From an uncultured Gammaproteobacteria bacterium (GTDB lineage Bacteria; Patescibacteriota; Microgenomatia; UBA10105; UBA927): DNA of 38,009 nt. The stretch is taken from the NCBI GenBank assembly GCA_964429085.1, contig CAYSAP010000001.1:2448-40456 (forward strand), in the 5' to 3' direction. Both the position numbers and the translations under genes were made by a program. The notes beneath the pieces are model-generated. The model had not been told where the DNA came from, searched no databases, and saw only the letters and a list, made by a program, of their open reading frames with translations. Shown here one piece after another: positions 26,302 to 33,658 of this stretch (within the stretch, counting starts at the first letter, position 1; every line of letters starts with the position of its first letter).

Positions 26302-27410
26302 GCATTCTTCCAAATAACCTTGGAATACATCGTGTAATTCCAAAAGAGCCCGATGCCGACGCCTATAAGATAAAACCATCGATACATGTCGTTCCCGAAA
26401 AGTAAGATACCCAGTGCAACGGTTCCCGACTGGATCAATAAGGCGCCTATACTGGTTGCGTTAAACTGTAAAAACTTCGGAACAAGCCTGAACCCCTGGA
26501 TCTTTTTTCCGCGGAATGTCCAATTATTATTAAGGAAAAAATTTGATATGATCGCGCATTCCGCTCCGATAGCGCTACCGGCGACAGGATGAAATCCCGA
26601 TCCCACCATCAATTCTAATATCGTGGTATTGATAATAAATCCTATGGAGCCTACAACGGCAAATTTAGAAAATGAACCGTGTCGTAACTGCCGGGCTCTC
26701 GCTGTTCCGACATAGAGAAATACGTTCCGGATATACTGAAGCGGAGCGATTTTTGACCTGCCGAACCGGCGATCAGTAAATTTAATAGGAACTTCGCCGA
26801 CTTTGGCTCCCGCAAGTATCGCGTTATGAAGAAATGCTATCTGATACACATAGCCGCTATGTTTTGCGACTTTGTGTTTTACCATTTCAAAATATGATTT
26901 CCTCAGTACCCGATATCCGCCGGTCCAATCGTGCACATGGGAAAAACCCAAACCAAACCGGACTATTGAGTTTCCTACAACACTAAAAATTTTTCTATGA
27001 ATCCCCCAATTTTCCGGTATGGAACCGCCCGGTATGTAGCGGCTTCCCACCACAAAATCGGCTCCTCCTGATATCTTTTTGAAAAACTCCGGCAAACTCG
27101 ACGGGTCATGAGATAAATCCGCATCCATCTGCCCGATGATATCGGCATCCAGGGTGTCAATCGCGTACGTCATCCCGCGGAGTAACGCTTTGCCTAAACC
27201 CTCTTTCTTCCCGCTTAGAATTTTGACATTGTCATGGGTCTTTGCAAATTCTCTAACTTCATCCTGTGTTCCATCCGGCGAGTTATCATCCACGACGAGA
27301 ATCGTGAATGTGTACCCTTTAATCAAGCGGGTCACCTCCATGAGGCGCGAGAGCATGGTTTTGATATTATCCCGCTCGTTGTATGTCGGAAGAATGATGA
27401 CTGCTTTCAT
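26298..27410 (-). CDS. Polyprenyl-phosphate mannosyl/hexosyl-transferase (DPM1/Ppm1/GtrB-like GT2) fused to a C-terminal GtrA-like 4-TM domain
   Basis: MKAVIILPTYNERDNI..ILVVDDNSPDGT..QMDADLSHDP..VGSRY. The C-terminal FSKFAVVGSIGFIINTTILELMV...ISNFFLNNNWTFR is the GtrA hallmark. Confidence 0.85.
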   Translation of the reverse strand: MKAVIILPTYNERDNIKTMLSRLMEVTRLIKGYTFTILVVDDNSPDGTQDEVREFAKTHDNVKILSGKKEGLGKALLRGMTYAIDTLDADIIGQMDADLSHDPSSLPEFFKKISGGADFVVGSRYIPGGSIPENWGIHRKIFSVVGNSIVRFGLGFSHVHDWTGGYRVLRKSYFEMVKHKVAKHSGYVYQIAFLHNAILAGAKVGEVPIKFTDRRFGRSKIAPLQYIRNVFLYVGTARARQLRHGSFSKFAVVGSIGFIINTTILELMVGSGFHPVAGSAIGAECAIISNFFLNNNWTFRGKKIQGFRLVPKFLQFNATSIGALLIQSGTVALGILLFGNDMYRWFYLIGVGIGLFWNYTMYSKVIWKNA

Positions 27411-27433
27411 ATACGGGTAGGTTTCTTGTTACC

Positions 27434-28390
27434 CTAAACTCGTTCTCTCCAGTAGTTGAGAAGATCCTCAGCAGTTTTTGTGAAGGGGACTTCCGGTTTC
27501 CAACCAGTTTTGGCCACAAATTTGGAATTATCACCGATAAGTATCGGTACATCGGAAGGCCGCATACGCTTGGGGTCCTGTTTTATCTCTACTTTCACGG
27601 TACTCATGCCCAGCATCATCTTTAACACGTCCTCAATTTTTATCGAGGTACCGGTCGCAATATTGTAGACCTCGCCCGGATCGCATTTTTCTGCTGCCAA
27701 AAGATATGCACGAACCATATCACGCACATCGGTGTAGTCACGCGATGCTTCCAGGTTGCCGACATAAATTACCGGCTCCTGCTTTCCTTTTTCGATCAGT
27801 GCAATTTGCTTAGCAAACGTGGACTCGGCAAACGTATCACCACGGCGCGGACCGGTATGGTTAAACCCACGGGTTCTGATAATACGCATATTGTACGACT
27901 CAAAATACTGATACCCAAGATAGTCCATGGCAACCTTGCTTACCGCATACGGAGAAAGCGGACGCAATGGATTCGTTTCTTTGATTGGTACTTCATTTTC
28001 ATGAACGAGTCCGTATTCTTCAGAAGAACAGGCAATCTGAATCACCGGATCGATGCCTACTTGGCGGACTGCCTCAAACACGTTGGCACTTCCTACGATG
28101 TTTACTTCCAGCGTCACTGCAGGAGAACCCCATGATGTCGGAACAAACGACTGGGCTGCCAGATGAAAAATATAATCGGGTTTTATCTTATTGATAGTCG
28201 TATACAAACTGTGGCTATCCAGAAGATCTGCATCCTCCAGTTGTAACTTAGGGATGATGGACTCAATATGATCCATTTTGCTCCGTGGCCGGCATAATCC
28301 GTAGACCTCAAATCCTTTAGAAAGCAGCAGCTCAGCCATGTGGCTGCCGACAAATCCCGCAATACCCGTGATCAATACTTTTTTGGCCAT
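27434..28390 (-). CDS. Extended SDR of the GDP-mannose 4,6-dehydratase / GDP-6-deoxy-D-mannose reductase (Gmd/Rmd) family
   Basis: VLITGIAGFVGSH (Rossmann), SPYAVSK (YxxxK), GFNHTGPRRG, VGNLEASRDYTDVRD, QDPKRMRPSD, TGWKP. The layout parallels Rmd/Gmd. A strong AGGAGG Shine-Dalgarno is present. Confidence 0.75.
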   Translation of the reverse strand: MAKKVLITGIAGFVGSHMAELLLSKGFEVYGLCRPRSKMDHIESIIPKLQLEDADLLDSHSLYTTINKIKPDYIFHLAAQSFVPTSWGSPAVTLEVNIVGSANVFEAVRQVGIDPVIQIACSSEEYGLVHENEVPIKETNPLRPLSPYAVSKVAMDYLGYQYFESYNMRIIRTRGFNHTGPRRGDTFAESTFAKQIALIEKGKQEPVIYVGNLEASRDYTDVRDMVRAYLLAAEKCDPGEVYNIATGTSIKIEDVLKMMLGMSTVKVEIKQDPKRMRPSDVPILIGDNSKFVAKTGWKPEVPFTKTAEDLLNYWRERV

Positions 28391-28405
28391 ATGAATCCTC
28401 CTTTA

Positions 28406-28422
28406 CCCCGATTTGATCGGGG
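28406..28422 (-). other. GC-rich stem-loop (7-bp stem, 3-nt loop) directly after the ugd stop codon
   Basis: The minus strand reads TAA-CCCCGAT-caa-ATCGGGG-taaAGGAGGattcatATG. No U-tract follows. Confidence 0.3.
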
Positions 28423-29718
28423 TTACATTCTTCCAACGCCGTAATACATAAATCCGAGCTCCCTCATGCGGGTGGGCTCGTAAATATTTCTCCCATCAAA
28501 TAATACCAGATGCTTCATGCCTTTGGCTAGACGGACAAGATCTATTTGCCGGAATTCATTCCATTCGGTCACGATTGCTACTGCATCGGCCTCATGCGCT
28601 GCTTCATACGGGTCTTTGGCAAACGTGACACCATGCGGCAGCTTGGACTTGGCTTTTTCCATAGCTATAGGGTCAAATACGGTAATGTCAGCGCCCTTAT
28701 TCATAAGCGACGTAATAATATCTATGGAAGGAGCTTCCCGCATATCGTCCGTATCCGGTTTAAAGGCCAATCCCAAAATGGCAATTGTTTTCCCCTTGAG
28801 CGAAGTAAAGTGATTAACAATTTTATCAACGAAATTATTTCTTGCTTCCATATTTACCTCATGCACGGATTTAAGAAGTTTGAAATCATAGTTATATTCG
28901 CCGGCAATGGCGATCAACGCTTTGACATCTTTCGGGAAGCAACTGCCTCCGTATCCTACTCCCGGATATAAGAAGCTTCGTCCGATACGTTTATCAAGAC
29001 CCACGCCTTCGAGTACGCGCTCAACATCTGCGCCTACCTTTTCCGCCAAAAATCCTATCGCGTTGGCAAATGAAATTTTCGTTGCCAGCATGGAATTAGA
29101 TGCATATTTAATGAGTTCTGCGGTTTCCACGTTACAAAGAACGTTCTCCCCATCTATAGATTTATGAAGTTCGACCAAAATATCCCGCGCTCTGTCGGAA
29201 TTTGTTCCAATAACCACACGGTCAGGATGCATCGTGTCTGAAAGTCCGGTCCCTTCGCGTAAAAATTCCGGAGCCGAAGCTATCGCAAACGATGACCCTT
29301 CAGGTTTGACACGATGTATAATTTCGGAAATCTTCCTGCCCGTTCCGGGAGGAACAGTACTCTTAGTCACGACCACTTTGTAACCCGACAGCGACGTACC
29401 TATTTCTTCTGCCGCTGAAAATACCTGGCTCAAATCCGCTTCACCATTAGACTTGGAAGGTGTTCCCACCGCTATAAATACCACTTGAGAGGCTGCCGTT
29501 CCCTCTTTGTAATCAGTCGTAAATTTGAGTCTTCCTGCGGCGAGATTTCGTTTGAGTAACTCATCGAGCCCTGGCTCATAGATTAACGGGTCTCCTTTTT
29601 TCAGACGGTCAATTTTTTCTTTTGTTCTTCCTACCACCCAGATCGTGTTCCCCAAGTCGGCAAATACCGCAGCGGTAACAAGTCCTACGTATCCGTGTCC
29701 GATAAAAGAAATGGTCAT
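28423..29718 (-). CDS. ugd: UDP-glucose 6-dehydrogenase
   Basis: N-terminal ISFIGHGYVGLVTAAVFA, catalytic GGSCFPKDV, and the C-terminal UDP-binding region ..LGLAFKPDTDDMREAP... Confidence 0.9.
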   Translation of the reverse strand: MTISFIGHGYVGLVTAAVFADLGNTIWVVGRTKEKIDRLKKGDPLIYEPGLDELLKRNLAAGRLKFTTDYKEGTAASQVVFIAVGTPSKSNGEADLSQVFSAAEEIGTSLSGYKVVVTKSTVPPGTGRKISEIIHRVKPEGSSFAIASAPEFLREGTGLSDTMHPDRVVIGTNSDRARDILVELHKSIDGENVLCNVETAELIKYASNSMLATKISFANAIGFLAEKVGADVERVLEGVGLDKRIGRSFLYPGVGYGGSCFPKDVKALIAIAGEYNYDFKLLKSVHEVNMEARNNFVDKIVNHFTSLKGKTIAILGLAFKPDTDDMREAPSIDIITSLMNKGADITVFDPIAMEKAKSKLPHGVTFAKDPYEAAHEADAVAIVTEWNEFRQIDLVRLAKGMKHLVLFDGRNIYEPTRMRELGFMYYGVGRM

Positions 29719-29728
29719 AATGAAAGCT

Positions 29729-29757
29729 AGTATACGAAAAATAATAGTGCCTGTACA
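29729..29757 (-). promoter_or_regulatory. Candidate promoter TGTACA-N17-TATACT, 10 nt upstream of the ugd ATG
   Basis: It lies in the 65-nt intergenic gap, the largest in the array. The -35 candidate sits inside the 10-bp palindrome CCTGTACAGG (29750-29759). No Shine-Dalgarno precedes ugd. Confidence 0.25.
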
Positions 29758-29783
29758 GGGACCGTCATCGCTTATGAATATTG

Positions 29784-30662
29784 TCAGAGGCCTGCGTCTT
29801 CCTGGCTCTTCATTTCGGCTACCCCTTCATCAAACCCGCGCATGGTGACACCGAGCGACCGGATCTTGTCGTTTTGCAAAACAGCATACTGCGGAATAGG
29901 GGCGCGGCCAGCAAAAAACTCGGCGAATGTCGTTTTCTTAACCAGCGTCGGGTCACAGGAATATACCCGTGCAATTGTTTTTGCCACATCAAACGGAGAC
30001 ACTGCCTGGCTTCCTACCACATGATAGATACCCGTGGCAGAATTGGTAAGGAGTACCTCCATAGCACCTGCTATATCATCTATGAAGGTCGGGACAAATA
30101 GCTGGTCGGCCGGAGCTACGACCTCGGAACCCGCCAAAAGCCGCTCGAGCATTTTATGGACAAAATCTTTCTTCCCAACTTGATGTGCGCGGTACGGATT
30201 CGATATGCGAATGACTAACCCCTTATCGCCTAATCCGAGCACCCGCTTTGCTCCTTCCGACTTTGTTGTTGCATACCAACTCAACGGATGTATATCGTCG
30301 CTTTCCGTGTATAGTTGCCTCAAACCGCCAAACGCATAATCCGTATCGACGTAGAGGAGGTGTTTGTTACTCGCCTTGCATGCATCAATGATATGTTCCG
30401 TTGCAATAACGTTTACCTTCCAGGCCGCACTTTCCGCGCCTAATCCGCGATCTGCTTCTGCCTGCTGCACATTTGTATAGGCCGCAAGATGCAGTACCCA
30501 GGAAGATTCCATATCATCCTTGATCTTGGCTATAATGTCTTCGCGGTTGGTTATATCCACACCGTTTTCGAGGCTGTAGTTAACAAACGCATGTTTTGAA
30601 GATAACAACTCCGTAATTCTTGACCCCACCAATCCTGAAAGTCCGGTCCCGAGTATTTTCAT
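29784..30662 (-). CDS. rmlD: RmlD-family dTDP-4-keto-6-deoxyhexose reductase-like SDR
   Basis: MKILGTGLSGLVGSRI, DTDYAFGG and YATTK match the RmlD substrate-binding family. Start ATG 30662 forms an ATGA overlap with the rmlB stop. The longest ORF extends to 30695. Confidence 0.7.
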   Translation of the reverse strand: MKILGTGLSGLVGSRITELLSSKHAFVNYSLENGVDITNREDIIAKIKDDMESSWVLHLAAYTNVQQAEADRGLGAESAAWKVNVIATEHIIDACKASNKHLLYVDTDYAFGGLRQLYTESDDIHPLSWYATTKSEGAKRVLGLGDKGLVIRISNPYRAHQVGKKDFVHKMLERLLAGSEVVAPADQLFVPTFIDDIAGAMEVLLTNSATGIYHVVGSQAVSPFDVAKTIARVYSCDPTLVKKTTFAEFFAGRAPIPQYAVLQNDKIRSLGVTMRGFDEGVAEMKSQEDAGL

Positions 30663-31645
30663 ACAGCGTACACCCCACTTTTTACCCGCCTCCACCAGTC
30701 TTCATGCTCTGTGTACCAACGCACCGTATGTTGGAGCCATGTATCGAAACCCTGCTCAGGCTGCCATCCCAACTCCGTATGGATGCGGGTCCAATCAACC
30801 GCATAACGGCGGTCATGTCCCGGGCGATCTTTCACATACTCTATCTCTTCGGTACTGCGCCCCATGAGGCCAAGAATTTTGTGAACAATACTGAGATTGT
30901 TTACATCCTCCGTAAGCCCGCCGACGCAATAGGTTTCCCCCACGTTGCCCCGGGATAATACGGCGTCGATGGCACGGCAATGGTCATCAACATGCAGCCA
31001 ATCCCGCACGTATAACCCATCTCCGTAAACCGGAACTTTTTTTCCTTCGATAAGATTTGTTATTGCAAGCGGAATGAATTTTTCAGGAAACTGAAAAGGG
31101 CCGTAATTGTTTGAACAGTTCGTTATACTGATAGGGAGGCCGAACGTGTGGTGATATGCACGGACCAAGTGATCGCTTCCTGCCTTGCTGGCCGAATACG
31201 GACTCCGGGGATCATAGGGCGTATGCTCGTTAAACTTTTCTGATCCGTCAAGTGGTAGTGACCCGAAGACTTCATCGGTCGAGATGTGATGAAAACGCTT
31301 CACGTTGGCCTTGAGAGCCGCATCGAGCAGTACCTGCGTTCCCACTACATTCGTCATAACAAAAGGAGCAGCTTCCAGGATAGACCGATCCACATGGCTC
31401 TCGGCCGCAAAATGCACCACCGTATCGATTCCCTTCATGGCAAGAGCCACCGCATTCGTGTCACAGATATCACCCTGAATAAACCGATACTTCGGATTTT
31501 TTTCTACGGACGCGAGATTCTCGAGGTTTCCGGCATACGTAAGCTTATCAAAGTTTATAACCTCATCCTCAGGATGAGCAGCAAGCCAGTAGATGATAAA
31601 GTTAGCGCCGATGAATCCGGCTCCACCTGTAACAAGTATTCGCAT
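30659..31645 (-). CDS. rmlB: dTDP-glucose 4,6-dehydratase
   Basis: MRILVTGGAGFIGANF..INFDKLTYAGNLENL..HFAAESHVDRS..YSASKAGSDHLVRAY. Start ATG 31645 forms a TAATG 1-nt overlap with the rmlA stop. The longest ORF extends to 31747. Confidence 0.9.
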   Translation of the reverse strand: MRILVTGGAGFIGANFIIYWLAAHPEDEVINFDKLTYAGNLENLASVEKNPKYRFIQGDICDTNAVALAMKGIDTVVHFAAESHVDRSILEAAPFVMTNVVGTQVLLDAALKANVKRFHHISTDEVFGSLPLDGSEKFNEHTPYDPRSPYSASKAGSDHLVRAYHHTFGLPISITNCSNNYGPFQFPEKFIPLAITNLIEGKKVPVYGDGLYVRDWLHVDDHCRAIDAVLSRGNVGETYCVGGLTEDVNNLSIVHKILGLMGRSTEEIEYVKDRPGHDRRYAVDWTRIHTELGWQPEQGFDTWLQHTVRWYTEHEDWWRRVKSGVYAV

Positions 31646-32394
31646 TACAGTTTCCCCTGTTTTACTAATTGTGCAACCTGAATATTTGCCTCTAACAGTT
31701 CGTCGTGCGACGTGCCTGCATCTACCCACCAATCGATAGTTTCGCAAAGAAGCGACTGCTCTTTGAGATACATATTATTTAAATCGGTCACCTCCAGCTG
31801 TCCGCGGTCAGATGGTTTCAAATCGCGGGCAAAATCAAATACCCGGTGATCGTAGACATAAATACCGGTTTGCGCGATATCGGATTTGGGATGTTCGGGT
31901 TTTTCCTCGATACTGACCACTTTTCCTTCTTTGTCCATTTCTATGACACCATACTGCTTCGCAAGTTTCTCGCGGCGTACGCCGAATACCATCGCTGCCT
32001 TTTGATCGCGGGCGAGTATACGTTCAAATCGGTTAATCGATGCGGTGAGATCAACGTTAAAAATATTATCTCCCAGAATCACCAGAATCGGCTCCTTTCG
32101 AGCAAACTCTTCTGCAAGCTTGAGCCCGTCAGCAATTCCGCCAGTCGGATTCTGCTGGATTGCATAATAAAGGCGCAAACCGAATTCTTCTCCGGAAAGC
32201 AGTAAGTTGGCAAAATCTCCGACATGCCCGCCACTTGTGATCAGAAGTACTTCTTTCATGCCGCTTCGCTTCATCATTTCCAGCGGATAGTAAATCATCG
32301 GCTTGTTATACACCGGCAGAAGATGCTTATTGGTTACCGCGGTAAGCGGACGAAGTCTTGTTGCTAACCCTCCGGCGAGAATAACACCTTTCAT
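31645..32394 (-). CDS. rmlA: Glucose-1-phosphate thymidylyltransferase-like sugar nucleotidyltransferase (short form)
   Basis: MKGVILAGGLATRLRPLTAVTNKHLLPVYNKPMIYYPL..VILGDNIF closely parallels the RmlA N-terminal signature. An AAGGAG Shine-Dalgarno is present. Confidence 0.8.
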   Translation of the reverse strand: MKGVILAGGLATRLRPLTAVTNKHLLPVYNKPMIYYPLEMMKRSGMKEVLLITSGGHVGDFANLLLSGEEFGLRLYYAIQQNPTGGIADGLKLAEEFARKEPILVILGDNIFNVDLTASINRFERILARDQKAAMVFGVRREKLAKQYGVIEMDKEGKVVSIEEKPEHPKSDIAQTGIYVYDHRVFDFARDLKPSDRGQLEVTDLNNMYLKEQSLLCETIDWWVDAGTSHDELLEANIQVAQLVKQGKL

Positions 32395-32415
32395 ACGGCA
32401 ATGCTCCTTTCTCTT

Positions 32416-32664
32416 TTATATCACCAACGTGGCAAGTAATACGATGGCAATCAGGCCCACGAGCACATATTCTATCACAACCTTATGGCACAAATCGCCG
32501 GCTATGGCATGGTGAATAATTCCCCACGCAACATATGCCGCTGCGGTAATACTTCCTGCAGCAAGCTGCAACGGAACATTACCTTGCCCGTACCAGAACA
32601 TCACGGATCCGCCTATGAGGATGAAGAATAAAACGAGTGTGTGGAGGAATCTCTGTTGTTTCAT
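32416..32664 (-). CDS. Small hypothetical membrane protein (82 aa, about 3 TM)
   Basis: Three hydrophobic segments and a GGGAG Shine-Dalgarno. No motif I recognise. Confidence 0.5.
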   Translation of the reverse strand: MKQQRFLHTLVLFFILIGGSVMFWYGQGNVPLQLAAGSITAAAYVAWGIIHHAIAGDLCHKVVIEYVLVGLIAIVLLATLVI

Positions 32665-32685
32665 ATAAGGCTCCCGCGGGCCAAA

Positions 32686-33606
32686 CTAAGCCCGCCAATG
32701 ACAATGGTGCCGAGCGCTAAATAAAAAAGTTCTGTATAGGAGGATAAGAATATGTGCGAGATTGTGTCCCACCAAACGGACTACGTGCTTACGCGTTACC
32801 ACAAATGCATCAACTGCGAGTAACCCGATCAATACGCCCGCAACAATAAATGTAACATTGCTTGTGAGGCCGGAAATATCGATTCTTGGCATTATAACAA
32901 CCTGTTCTGCTTGTGCTGCCGGTTCCGAAGCTACAACTGTTATCTCCGGCACTTTAGGAACAGCTGCAACTGGTGCGGGGGCAGCCGCCTGTACCCTTGG
33001 AATCTGAGCCACCGGGGCAGCATTAGATGACCCGAACATCTGTACAACCAATGTTGTTTCCTCGCCTGCCAATATACCGTTCACCACGGCAAATCCCACC
33101 TCGCGATATCCTGCTTTCACGATATTATCCCTGTGCGTCGGACTATTCATCCACGCATCAACAACCCCGCTGCTCGTTTGAAAATTCTTGGCTAAATTTT
33201 CTCCTGCCAGTACATACCGGTACCCCGCGGCAATGATAAAATCCCAAGGAGTTTTCCCAAGCGGACTATTGTGCGCCCAATAGTTATGGGCAAACATATC
33301 TGCTGCTTTAGCGGCCGATGCCTGGCTCAACGCGCTGTTTAACGTGAACATTTCCAGTCCGGCTTCCTTGCGTCGGGCATTTGTTGCATCCAATAGCTGC
33401 TCAACCCGGATATCCGTCGCGTATCCCAATACATCCGGAGCCTTCACATGGAAAAACCGGACACCGAGGTTAAATACGGCAAGCAATAACACGTATGCGA
33501 AAAGCACTTCAGAGTGAAGAGCCTTCGCACGGTGGTTGTTACCTTGGTGAGGAACCAGCCAATGATGAAGCATGCGGAGTAATCGCATATATCTATACTC
33601 CATCAT
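32686..33606 (-). CDS. CAP/SCP (YkwD-like) domain protein with N- and C-terminal TM anchors
   Basis: ..AADMFAHNYWAHNSP..LAGENLAKNF..VDAWMNSPTHRDNIVKAGYREVGFAV.. is the CAP domain signature. An Ala/Pro-rich linker and a second TM follow it. Confidence 0.75.
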   Translation of the reverse strand: MMEYRYMRLLRMLHHWLVPHQGNNHRAKALHSEVLFAYVLLLAVFNLGVRFFHVKAPDVLGYATDIRVEQLLDATNARRKEAGLEMFTLNSALSQASAAKAADMFAHNYWAHNSPLGKTPWDFIIAAGYRYVLAGENLAKNFQTSSGVVDAWMNSPTHRDNIVKAGYREVGFAVVNGILAGEETTLVVQMFGSSNAAPVAQIPRVQAAAPAPVAAVPKVPEITVVASEPAAQAEQVVIMPRIDISGLTSNVTFIVAGVLIGLLAVDAFVVTRKHVVRLVGHNLAHILILLYRTFLFSARHHCHWRA

Positions 33607-33658
33607 ACCGCACCATCACTGCAAGAGGGTATACTGATTCGCGTCTTTTCTATTGGTA

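Noticed and set aside
28406-28422. The hairpin after ugd as a Rho-independent terminator
   Set aside because: No U-rich tract follows the stem. The sequence runs straight into a strong Shine-Dalgarno and the next start codon, so termination is unlikely. It is kept only as a possible stability or processing element.
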